DNA of 64,000 nucleotides, from the NCBI GenBank assembly GCA_964016885.1, contig OZ024742.1:152334001-152398000 (forward strand), written 5' to 3'. The stretch is from Eledone cirrhosa (taxonomy: Eukaryota). The notes beneath the pieces are model-generated. The model made no database searches and was not told the origin of the DNA. It saw nothing but the letters and a program-made list of their open reading frames with translations. Shown here one piece after another: positions 24,779 through 36,977 of the stretch; the first letter of the stretch is position 1; each line of letters starts with the position of its first letter. The position numbers and the translations under genes are program-made.

Positions 24779-27700
24779 GTGATATGTATTCATGCATAGG
24801 ATGCTTGATGTAATGCAAGTTGTAGCGGGTAGAGATGTTAAAATATCGCTCGTGATCGAATATACATATGATCAAAACATTTAAGCCACGAACACTTTAT
24901 TTTTGTTTTAGATATAATGTACATACGAAATTGCTACAGCATGGGAAGGCCATGCGGAAAATAATAAATGCACCAGTTGGATTTCACTTCAATTTAGTTT
25001 TAGTTGTGTTACTAATCCATCCATCGGTTAATTTAGAAACCGGGTGAAACTTGTTGTTAATTTCCAAGATTCTTTCGTCACACAACGTGTGGCCTTCTCA
25101 ATGACTATTCTGGGTTCTCTATTTTCTATTTACTCAAACATGGGAATATTTGTTTCAACGCACGATTTTACACCAAAATTCTGGTAAAATAAATACAAAT
25201 ACATTTGTTCCTACGAAATATTATTTAATGTCTCTATCTTTAATATGTAGTTTGATGGAATTTTGGCTGTTATACATAGCAGGTATAATGAAGATGCTGT
25301 TTTATCGTTACGTTGGTTTTTCAAATATGTTGCATGTATGTCTAATTATTGTTGAATGAGTATCCAAGATAAGCACAACATTACAAAGCATAGTTACTGA
25401 TGTTAAGCATAATAGAACCTAAATACCGAAGGAAAGAAACCCCATCCAAACAGTTGTTAGTATATATGAGCGTAGAGAGCATCGTAATGAAAGGGAAACG
25501 AATAGAAAATATTGCGCGAACAATCTGCCAGATAAGACATTATCTTGATATTTGATCGTATGTTTAGTGTATTACCTTGTTGATGTAGACGTAGATTAAC
25601 CGAATGGCTAGGGGGTTACTTCGCAATCATTAGATTCCGGGTTCGGTCTTAATGGGTGGCATCGTCGACAGGTCTTATTTACCATATCCTCGGGTCGACC
25701 CCTCATAAGTTAATGTAGGGGGAAATTGTTTGGAAGTCTTGTGACACATTGTGTCACACTTAATTTTGCTGCGAAGCCTGTACGTTTATCTATTATGGAC
25801 TAAATTATCAAATATATGCATATTTTGTGTGATACGAGGGATATTTGGCTGCTATTTTAGCATGTTGAGCAACACCATATATGCGCTTTCATCGGCTTGT
25901 TCAGACAGAGTTAAATGCATTACATTTATTTGTTTTCAAATAGGAGATTACGTGGGTGGTTGTGTGTGTGAGTATAAATGTGTTTATGCTTGTGCGTAAA
26001 TGTGTTTATGTATGTGTATGTGTGTGTGCGTGCCTCTGTGTGAGTGTGTATTTGTGACCATGCGTGTATGTATACGACAAAATAATTCTAATTGCAGGGA
26101 CCGACGTTATGCACATAAGGATATATATATATATATAATAGCTTTTAGAAATAGACTCAATGTCATTTAAACAGGAGAGTTGCAATCACACTGTAATATG
26201 AGAAGCGAAATATGAAATAATTACAACTGTCAATTTGTCAGCGAAGACAAGACACCATATATGATTACTTATACTGGATAACATTGGATCAATTTTATCC
26301 AGTGTAAGTAATCATATTAACTTTTTATATTATGGTATAGTTGTAGCTAACTACTATAACAGCAGTTTGACGTTTCATACAGGATGTTATGACTGTATCT
26401 ACACCATGTAGCTCACATAGACATATCAAATCTTTACCATAGACAGTTATGTTCAATACTTTCTAATTTAAGTGTGTAAATTTAGAACATTGAAACCATC
26501 TATGATAGATAGAGCAGATCACACGCTGTTGACGCATTTTATCACGAACTGAAGCTGTATTCAATCCTCTCATTTTATCCTCTTTGTATATTCCATGTCT
26601 TAGAATCCTTATGATGGCTACTGTATGCAAATATAGGCATGGATATAAAGCTAATACGTACGAATTCCACATCTTCGTGATTCTAGTTTCGAGACTATTG
26701 AATAACGATTTAGACAATTTATTGTTAACTGTATTGATGTGCCTTATGAGAGGCCTTTGGCTGAGGGAAACTGTGTTGAAGCCCATCGCATGCATGCAGG
26801 TATGCATAAATACATACGTACATAAATACAAGCATATATACATACAGAAATACGTACATAAATACAAGCTTACACCTTCAGATTTATGACTGTGATTATT
26901 AGGGCACTGGCATATGTTAGTAACTGCCTCAATACAAATCTTGAGAAGCTAGGCTTCATAGGAACAGAAAGAACACAACTAGTTAGGAAACTATAAGTAC
27001 AATCCATTAATGGAACAGTAAAAATATGTAAAACATTCCAAAAATTTTGCATCTAATAACTGCATATACACATGTACAGATACAAAGCATATACACATGC
27101 ACACATACAACTCAAAACATCCACATCCACACATAAAATAACATACATATATACACGAATAAAAGCATACATACAGGCATACATACATATATACACTCTT
27201 ACATACATTCATATTACATAAATATTGCATACATACGTGCAGACATATATACGTACGTACATACATGCACACATGCTGGCTGCCAACTTGTTTTCGAATA
27301 CGGCCACTACTTTATATCCATGTAGGAGAACCGCTACCGATGCGCTAAACAAGTGTGATTTTTAGTCCAGCCAGCGACTTGAAAACTCTGGTACAAACAC
27401 TACACCTGTGACAATTATTGACACATAGTGCTGGGCCCATGGCACCATGTGACGACAGGTACAGAGAGATCTCCAGATATAAAGCAATGCCTGTGCCGTG
27501 AAGCTTTTATAGTGAGCAAAGGCACTGCACAAAGCCAGTCCCACTCTCTTAACCAAGATGATATTTACCAAAAAGAAGAACAAGTCAACATCATTGGATA
27601 CCATCAGGGTTGCAGGTATACATACATACATACGTATTCGACAGAATTCGATTAATTAATTAGTAGACTGATATAAATTATATAGTATGTATGATAGGCT

Positions 27701-27889
27701 TAACCTTTCGATGGCGGTAATTTATAATATTTGCTATCTAATGACTGAAACCCGGACACTATTTAAAGGAAAATGAATGTTTTAGAAACTTAGTTCTTTC
27801 ATGGGCCGCAAATATTAACTGGAACATTCATTAAACCACGAGTTTTTGGTTTTGTAACCTTTAGTCGATAGTCCATGTTATTTCTACCT

Positions 27890-30190
27890 TGTGTGAACAA
27901 AACCGGTGTTACAGGAAACTGTTTAGTCTGTGTGGACAAAACCGGAATGTTACAGGAAACTGTTTAGTTTGTGTGGAGAAAACCGGACTGTTACACAAAC
28001 TGTTTAATTTGTGTGGACAAAACCGGACTGTTACATGAAACTGTTTAGTTTGTGTGGACAAAACCGGAGTGTTACAGGAAACTGTTTAGCCTGTGTGGAC
28101 AAAACCGGAGTGTTACAGGAAACTGTTTAGCCTGTGTGGACAAAACCGGAGTGTTACAGGAAACTGTTTAGTTTGTGTGGACAAAACCGGAATGTTACAG
28201 GAAACTGTTTAGTTTGTGTGGACAAAACCGGAGTGTTACATGAAACTGTTTAGCCTGTGTGGACAAAACCGGAGTGTTACAGGAAACTGTTTAGCCTGTG
28301 TGGACAAAACCGGAGTGTTACAGGAAACTGTTTAGTCTGTGTGGACAAAACCGGAATGTTACAGGAAACTGTTTAGTTTGTGTGGACAAAACCGGACTGT
28401 TACAGGAAACTGTTTAGTTTGTGTGGACAAAACCGGAGTGTTACAGGAAACTGTTTAGTCTGTGTGGACAAAACCGGAGTGTTACAGGAAACTGTTTAGT
28501 TTGTGTGGGCAAAACCGGACTGTTACAGGAAACTGTTTAGTTTGTGTGGACAAATCCGGAGTGTTACAGGAAACTGTTTAGCCTGTGTGGACAAAACCGC
28601 AGTGTTACAGGAAACTGTTTAGCCTGTGTGGACAAAACCGGAGTGTTACAGGAAACTGTTTAGTCTGTGTGGACAAAACCGGAATGTTACAGGAAACTGT
28701 TTAGTTTGTGTGGACAAAACCGGACTGTTACAGGAAACTGTTTAGTTTGTGTGGACAAAACCGGAGTGTTACAGGAAACTGTTTAGTCTGTGTGGACAAA
28801 ACCGGAGTGTTACAGGAAACTGTTTAGTTTGTGTGGGCAAAACCGGACTGTTACAGGAAACTGTTTAGTTTGTGTGGACAAAACCGGAGTGTTACAGGAA
28901 ACTGTTTAGCCTGTGTGGACAAAACCGCAGTGTTACAGGAAACTGTTTAGCCTATGTGGACAAAACCGGAGTGTTACAGGAAACTGTTTTGTCTGTGTGG
29001 ACAAAGCCGGAATGTTACAGGAAACTGTTTAGTTTGTGTGGACAAAACCGGAATGTTACAGGAAACTGTTTAGTTTGTGTGGACAAAACCGGAGTGTTAC
29101 ACGAAACTGTTTAGCCTGTGTGGACAAAACCGGAGTGTTACAGGAAACTGTTTAGCCTGTGTGGACAAAACCGGAGTGTTACAGGAAACTGTTTAGTTTG
29201 TGTGGACAAAACCGGATTGTTACAGGAAACTGTTTAGTTTGTGTGGACAAAACCGGACTGTTACAGGAAACTGTTTAGTTTGTGTGGATAAAACCGGAGT
29301 GTTACAAGAAACTGTTTAGTTTGTGTGGACAAAACCGGAGTGTTACAGGAAACTGTTTAGCCTGTGTGGACAAAACCGGAGTGTTACAGGAAACTGTTTA
29401 GTCAGTGTGGACAAAACCGGAATGTTACAGGAAACTGTTTAGTTTGTGTGGACAAAACCGGACTGTTACAGGAAACTGTTTAGTTTGTGTGGACAAAACC
29501 GGAGTGTTACAGGAAACTGTTTAGTCTGTGTGGACAAAACCGGAGTGTTACAGGAAACTGTTTAGTTTGTGTGGGCAAAACCGGGTGTTACATGAAATTG
29601 TTTAGTTTGTGTGGACAAAACCGGAGTGTTACAGGAAACTGTTTAGCCTGTGTGGACAAAACCGCAGTGTTACAGGAAACTGTTTAGCCTATGTGGACAA
29701 AACCGGAGTGTTACAGGAAACTGTTTAGTCTGTGTGGACAAAACCGGAATGTTACAGGAAACTGTTTAGTTTGTGTGGACAAAACCGGAATGTTACAGGA
29801 AACTGTTTAGTTTGTGTGGACAAAACCGGAGTGTTACACGAAACTGTTTAGCCTGTGTGGACAAAACCGGAGTGTTACAGGAAACTGTTTAGCCTGTGTG
29901 GACAAAACCGGAGTGTTACAGGAAACTGTTTAGCCTGTGTGGACAAAACCGGAGTGTTACAGGAAACTGTTTAGTTTGTGTGGATAATATCGGAGATTTA
30001 CTGGGAAATATTTAGCTGTTCTGGATAATCCCGGAAATTTACAGGTAACTGGTTAGCTGGTGTGGACAAGATCTTCGTTTTATATGTAACTGGTTAGCTT
30101 CTGGGGTTTTACAGGTAACTGGTTTGTTTGTGTGGACAACACCGGAGACGTACAGGTAACTGTTTAGCTTGTGTAGAAAACTCTGGAGGT
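27890..30190. repeat. 41-bp tandem satellite, about 51 homogeneous units plus a degenerate right edge
   Basis: Unit TGTGTGGACAAAACCGGAGTGTTACAGGAAACTGTTTAG(C/T)(C/T); period 41 (28091 to 28132); no spacers. Confidence 0.97.
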
Positions 30191-30705
30191 AGCCTTTAAA
30201 TAACTTAGCAAGATATGGACAAGTAGAAAAATTTCGCTTGGTACTAAGATGAGATTTTACAAGAGCCATCTGCTTACAACTCTCCTGTATGGGTGTGAAA
30301 CGGGGAGTATGAAGACCAGCCAAGAGAAACAATTATATGCTTTTGATACCAAATGTATACGGAAAATCCATGGCATCAGGTTGGATGATTTCATCACAAA
30401 CAAAGAAATCCATGAATGAGCCCACCAAAAACGTGAGTCTATCCTTCAATGCGTCGACTTGGATGGTTGTGACACGTACCACGATTCCCACATGTAAGAC
30501 TTGCTAACCAGGTCCTATAGTGGCACCCTCAAGGAAATAGGCGAAGAGGAGGTCGAGGTCGCAACATGAGAACTGGTGGCAGACAATCGACAGAGACCTG
30601 TAAATCGTCAACAAATGTTGGAATGCAGGATTTATAGATGCAAATGACAGGGGTCATTGGCTTCCTCATGCGTCTGAAGACATGGGCGCTTCTAAGTCTA
30701 AGTCT
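30190..30705 (+). mobile_element. 5'-truncated RTE-clade LINE 3' end
   Basis: LSKIWTSRKISLGTKMRFYKSHLLTTLLYGCET, WHPQGNRRRGG; short (CTAAGT)2 tail. Confidence 0.8.
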
Positions 30706-30754
30706 ATTATCTACATTTTCCGATCTCCCCAGAAAGATGATATACATACAGACA

Positions 30755-30794
<40 letters not shown>

Positions 30795-30912
30795 ACATAC
30801 TTACACATACACACACGTACACACAAGCATACACACACACACACACACATATATATATGTATGTATGTGCGTGTGTGTGTGTGTGTGTATGTGTGTGTAT
30901 GTGTAAGTGTAT

Positions 30913-30956
<44 letters not shown>

Positions 30957-31179
30957 TATTGAGACAATGCATTTCATACTAGCGCTACTGTACAATCCCG
31001 GATTGGTGACGTCAAAAATTCAATATCTTTACGTATAAAATGGCTTCTTGTCTACTCTAAAGATTTAATATAAATTCATTTTATCTTTCTGTCTTGCACT
31101 TCTTGTTTTTTATTTCTTGTCACACTTCTTGATATTAACTCTCTGCTTCACTCTATTGTTGATAATGAGACGTTTGTTG

Positions 31180-31600
31180 ACGAAGGTGACGACGATGTTG
31201 ATGACGACGACGATGATGATGATGATAATAATTGTTTCTACTTTTGGCACAAGGCCAGCACTTATCCCAGTGCATTACCAATGCTTTATTTTATTGACCC
31301 CCCCCCCCCCGTAGCATGATAATGATGAGTATTGACCTCTACATCATAATCACCATGGCCATGATCATCAGCACCACCATCTGCACGACGACGACGACCA
31401 CGACGACCACCACCACCACCGCCACCACCACCACCACCAGCACCACCACCGTCATCATCATCATCATCATCATCCTCATCCTCACCCTCTTCATCATCAT
31501 CCAAATTCTCCTCGTTATCATCATTAACATCATCATCATCATCACCACGATCATGCGGCTCCACCACATACAACCCTTCCTCCTCCTCCTCCTCATCATC
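31180..31600. repeat. Compound trinucleotide microsatellite (GAT/GAC/CAC/CAT) with an inverted SINE fragment at 31225-31300
   Basis: Direct reading. Confidence 0.9.
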
Positions 31601-31649
31601 GATTGCTTCGTTGACGTCGCCTTAATCATCGTCATTAATAAGATCAACG

Positions 31650-31832
31650 TTGGTTTGGCAGTATCGATAGAGCGTCAGATACCATGCTTTGCAGTTAAGA
31701 GTTACGGTCCTTGCTATTCTGAGTTCAAATCCCGCCGAGGTTAACTTTGCCTTTCATCCTCACGGGGGTCGATAAAATAAAGTACCAGTAATGCACTGGT
31801 GTAATTGCTGGCCAAAATGGAGAAACAATTAA
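31650..31832 (+). mobile_element. tRNA-derived SINE (family A); a partial related copy follows at ~31922-32030
   Basis: TGGCAGTATCGA A-box-like, GAGTTCAAATCCC B-box, family core. Confidence 0.85.
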
Positions 31833-32132
31833 TAACATCACCATCCTACAGTATGTGATAAATACATGAACGGCTCCCGTTTGGAATGCTGAAACGTATA
31901 TTATTATAACGGCTATGCTATGGGCGGTGGATTGACAGAGTCAGCAGAGAGTCAGATGGAATGCTTTGCAGTTATTCGATCTAGCTCTCTGAGTTCAAAT
32001 CCCATCGACGTCAACTTTATCGTTCATGATTCTGTGCAGTAGTAGCAGTAGTATACCAGGGTTAATATAATCGGTTTCCCCTCTGCACAAACTACTGCTA
32101 CATGAGCGGCTACGATAATGTCTCCTGTGAAG

Positions 32133-32450
32133 TCGCCTCGCTTAGGGACTAGTGCGATGAACTGACAGTCGGGAGGTCGTGATTTCGAATCCCAGATGGT
32201 TTTATACATTGTGTCCTTAAGCAAAACTCCTTATTTCACGTTGCTCCAGTTCATTCAGTGGAAGAAATGAGCGGAGACGTCACATGTGCCAAACTTTATC
32301 GATTTTACATATCCTTTGGACAATATCGATGGTGTTGAGAGGGGTGACTGTTACGCATGTGCGACAGCTGGTCTTCCACAAAAACACCTTGCTTGTGCCT
32401 CGGGAAAAAAAATCATTGTCTTTCGTGACTGGAGGGGTCTTTACCCTTTA
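32133..32450 (+). mobile_element. Second SINE family (tRNA head plus CORE-like domain); related copy at ~51940-52160
   Basis: GATTTCGAATCCC / GAGTTCGATTCCC B-box then TGTGTCCTTAAGCAAAAC...TTATTTCAC in both copies. Confidence 0.6.
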
Positions 32451-32552
32451 CTCCTTATAATGTTCATGCTATGCACTTGATCACCTTAACAGACTCAACT
32501 GTTTGATATCCTCTCTAGATTGCATAAAACGACCGATCACCCATATCGATTG

Positions 32553-32620
<68 letters not shown>

Positions 32621-32624
<4 letters not shown>

Positions 32625-33474
32625 TATGTATACGTACATACATATATGTATACAGACGTACAGTAGTATGTATATACATTGCACACATATATATATGTAC
32701 GTATCAATTTACCGAACATTTATTATAATGTTCGGTTTGTTTGTAAACAAACAGCCTGAATTAAACCGTACAGTGTTCGGCAAACATCGTTGCCCTTTTG
32801 TTCATCACTGACAAAGGAACGATGAACTAGTTTCTAGCTAATTAGCTGTCATCAGCACCGTATACCTTCCTGTCAGTCGATACTACTGTACGCCTGTATA
32901 CATATAGGTATGTACGTATACATACTTATATTTAAGTATCAGCCGTACTAAGAGTGAGAAATGAAATTTCATTTTTGCCATTTATCGTTTTAGGTACGCC
33001 CGTCCGACTAACTCACTCGATATGCAAATTAGGCTGCTCAGCCGTTAATATGCATAAGAAAAGTATATAATTCCAACGTTCAATCGACTGACAGGAAGGT
33101 ATAAGTTGCTGATGAAAGCTAATAAGCTATGAACTAGTTCACCGTTCCTTTGTCAGTGTTGAACAAAAGAGCAACGATGGTTGCCGAGCACTGTACGGCT
33201 TAATTCGGGCTGTTTGTTTACAAACAAACCGAACATTATAATAAATGTTCGGTAAACCCATACGTACATATATATATATATATATGTGTGCATGTATGTA
33301 TATACATACTACTGTACGTCTGTATACATATATGTATGTACGTATACATACTTATCTTTAAGTATTAGCCGTACTAAGAGTGAGAAATGAAATTTCATTT
33401 TTACCATATATATATATATATATATATATATAAATGGTAAAAATGAAATTTCATTTCTCACTCTTAGTACGGCT
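32621..33474. mobile_element. Non-coding (TA)n-anchored fold-back element with hammerhead motif (retrozyme / non-autonomous PLE-like)
   Basis: Inverted arms 32621-32881 / 33084-33355; direct terminal repeat 32882-32980 / 33308-33407 (period 426); palindrome 33367-33474. Confidence 0.75.
32820..32860 (-). ncRNA. Minimal type I hammerhead ribozyme motif
   Basis: CGGTG-CTGATGA-C-AGCT-AATT-AGCT-A-GAAA-CTAG-TT-CATCG; 5-bp stem I, palindromic stem III ACTAGT; degenerate inverted copy at ~33104-33144. Confidence 0.75.
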
Positions 33475-33934
33475 ATATATAGATAACAGAACGTGCGCTT
33501 AAGGAGTATACCGTTAATGTTAAGTACATTAAATATGAAAATCAATACGCCTAAATTATCGATTTTTGGATTTGATAATGAACATTAACCAATAATCTTG
33601 CATTTCGGATTGTTTAAACGACTTCATCTTCACAATTAGACAGTACATAGCAACAGTGTACATACATAAATTCAAATATTTTTCATATCATATTATGTGT
33701 TCTGTTAAATTTCATTTCCTTAATATAGTTTGTATATTTAACCGGTTAGTGATGGGTTTCCATATTTATGAAAATCTATTTACACATGTTTCTAGGAAAC
33801 GTCTACGCAGTCGTGAAACCAATGAGGTCGTTCCTACTCAGTTACTAACTCAGCAAAAAATAACTGCCAAAATTACCATAAATCATGGTCTATTTCAGTG
33901 GTTCTTCGTGGCACACTTCACACACACACATGTG

Positions 33935-33993
<59 letters not shown>

Positions 33994-34088
33994 AAAGTAA
34001 AAAACAAAAACAATATCAAGGAGTATAGTTACGAAAAGTATTTGGTATTAGGTTCACGCTTGACAGTGGGTTGGGTGGGTGATATATG

Positions 34089-34152
<64 letters not shown>

Positions 34153-34327
34153 TATATTTATATAAATAAATATACACGGGTGTGTATGATTGTGTATAGA
34201 AGATTATATTAATAAGAGGAATTCCAACTTTGTCTGATTTACTCGTTTTATTTACAATCTTTAAAATTTATAATCGTATTATAATGAAATAGTATGATAG
34301 AATATTAAATTCTAAGTGTTAATTGAA

Positions 34328-34359
<32 letters not shown>

Positions 34360-34362
<3 letters not shown>

Positions 34363-35510
34363 TAATAAAAACAATTAAATAAAAACAAATAACAAGTTCC
34401 TTATATTAAAAAAATTAACCATTTTACGATCGTTTCTGGGATTTATATGTGTGTTGGTATGTATATCATATAGATCTATGTAAAAATATTACAAATTATC
34501 AGAGGAAATATACATACCTTCACATAATCATGCCGGCCTCAGAAATGATGAGATGTGTTTATTGAATAAAACCAACAAAGATTTAATATAAAAGGTATGT
34601 TTAGGAACAGGTTTTGAATTGACCAATAGAAAAGTAGATAGAGGTCAAGTTGATAGAATAGCAGTAGTAGAAATTTAATTTAGGGGTAGGGGAGTGCAGA
34701 CTTATATTTCGAACGAGAAGAATACTTTGGGGATGAAAAGAGGTCAAGCCAAGAAGATAGTGAAGGGTACACGAACATTTGATGTTATTAAAGAATAATG
34801 TTAAAAACGAAGGAAAATAAAATTTTAGGGTAAGGGTATTAGTGGGAAATACCAATCTTATGTAATCCACAAGGAATCTAGATCTATAACAAGAAATTAA
34901 ATTAATTGATAGTTATAATTATAGGGATAAAGTTATATTAATTCATATGAATGTGATAAATAAGAATTAGATGTTATTAAAGAGTGTTGTTAAAAACGAA
35001 GGAAAGTAAAATTTAGGGATGAGGGAAATAGTGAGAAATACTAATCTTATTTAAACTACAAGGAATCTAGATACATAACAGGGAATTAAATTAATTTATA
35101 GGTATACTTATAGGTATTAATTTTAGGAAAAGAGAGCTGTAAGAGGGAAATAAAATTATGAAGTTCTCTGCAGTAAAATACTAATTATAGGTGAACTAAA
35201 TTAAAAAAAACAATTATTATAATTTGTAAAATATAATGTAATGTGTATATTAATTAGGTTTATAATATTTGTCCTTTTATATTAAATCTTTGTTGGTTTT
35301 TTTCAATAAACACATCTCATCATTTCTGAGGACGGCATGAATATGTGAAGGTATGTATATTTCCTCTGATAATTTGTAATATTTTTACATAGATCTATAT
35401 GATATACATACCAACACACATATACATCCCAGAAACGATCGTAAAATGATGAATTTTTTTAATATAAGCAACTTGTTCTTTGTTTTTATTTCATTGTTTT
35501 TATTAATTTA
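34360..35510. mobile_element. Non-coding fold-back element with hammerhead motif in both arms
   Basis: Inverted arms ~34360-34595 / ~35272-35510; loop holds a ~190-bp tandem duplication (34781 / 34970); (TA)n or (CA)n flanks. Confidence 0.75.
35317..35452 (+). ncRNA. Type I hammerhead motif with 99-nt stem II
   Basis: TCATCATTT-CTGAGGA(35326-35332)-...-GAAA(35432-35435)-CGATCG-TA-AAATGATGA; perfect 9-bp stem I, palindrome ACGATCGT, GUA cleavage triplet. Confidence 0.8.
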
Positions 35511-35642
35511 TCTTGACTCTGTTTTCCTATGATTTTTATCGAACATTTTTGAATGCATTTCGTCTTTTTATGATATTTGGATTACATTGAGTTCTTCATA
35601 CGGATTGGACACTACCGTATATTTTGGTAGATTTATCTACAT

Positions 35643-35693
<51 letters not shown>

Positions 35694-36303
35694 AAAGGCC
35701 ACACCTGGGCGAGAATACCACCAACGCTATCCGCAAGGCTATACTGAGGGAGGGCCTTGACATCCACCTGGCCCACTCGGGCCCCTTGCTGCGAACATGC
35801 CTCTCCAGGAAACCCGGGAGATCAACTGACGCGTGCCCCCTCAGAGACTGCCCGATGCGCATTGCGAACTGTTGCCTACGCACATACGTCGTGTATAAAA
35901 TAGAATGTAACAAGTGCAACCAATTCTATATAAGTAGCACAATCCGGCCGTTGCACATCCGGATCAAGGAGCACACTAAAACCAGGGCCTCGTCTTTCCG
36001 GAAACACATAGCCAAATGCGGAAACAAAGACGGAAGGCCCATTGTCACAATTCTAGCGTCATAAAGAAACGTCGACACGTTACGTATCAAGGAAGCACTT
36101 TGGATCAAACGCCTAGGGCCACAATTAAACAACTGATCAGAGAGAAGCGAAATGAGGTGGTTAGTTCAAGTTAACAAACCATGCAGCGACACACCCACAC
36201 ACACACACAAGCGAGACAGCAACACACGCACACACACACAGTAGCATTCCACCATACGAACATACTACACTGCCAATACAGAGGAACAAGGCAACATCAC
36301 ACG

Positions 36304-36334
<31 letters not shown>

Positions 36335-36534
36335 ACAAGTGAGACAACAACACACGCACACACACACACACACACAGTAACATTCAACAAACAGGCAGAG
36401 ATTTGTCAAGCTATTTAAACGTATGTTATTACTCTAAGGACCTAACTTATCGAGTGCTTTGCTAACTCATCATTTCATATAAGTAGGCCGAATTTGCTTG
36501 CAAACCGCCAGAGATTCGATTTTACTAAATTTCC

Positions 36535-36540
<6 letters not shown>
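35694..36540 (+). mobile_element. 5'-truncated Penelope-like element (GIY-YIG endonuclease end plus 3' region)
   Basis: CPLRDCP...CCLRTYVVYKIECNKCNQFYISSTIRPLHIRIKEH...LRIKEALWIK; (TA)n on both sides. Confidence 0.85.
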
Positions 36541-36631
<91 letters not shown>

Positions 36632-36872
36632 AAGAGTATTGCTGTGTAATGTTTACAATATGATGGTTCACCTGTTTAAGCATTCAATGCTAATATGTGA
36701 ATCCGGCTTGCTTTGTGGGATTCTATTTTTGCGACCTCACCCTGCTCGTTAACCTTGAGAAGGAGAATGTAAAACTAATGAAGAGCAGGAACTAAATATC
36801 AATATATCTTAAATATATATACATGTTATATTGATACTTTGTTCCTTCTCATTATTATTATTATTATTATTA

Positions 36873-36977
36873 TTAACTTTGCCTTTCATCCTTCCGAGGT
36901 CGATAAAATAAAGTACCAGTAATGCACTGGATAATAGCTGGCCTTGTGCCAAATGTAGAAACAATTATTATTATTAT
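36873..36977 (+). mobile_element. 5'-truncated SINE (family A) between (TTA)n tracts
   Basis: Family core and tail; abuts the truncated end of the R4-like element. Confidence 0.85.

Noticed and set aside
27890-29985. Regular repeat array as a CRISPR array or repeat-protein gene
   Set aside because: Units are head-to-tail with no spacers; the ORFs are frame-rotating translations of the 41-bp unit interrupted by TAG
30529-31744. Many 60-150 aa ORFs rich in YI, CV, HT, poly-I, poly-D or poly-M (also elsewhere in the window)
   Set aside because: Translations of (TA)n, (CA)n and trinucleotide microsatellites
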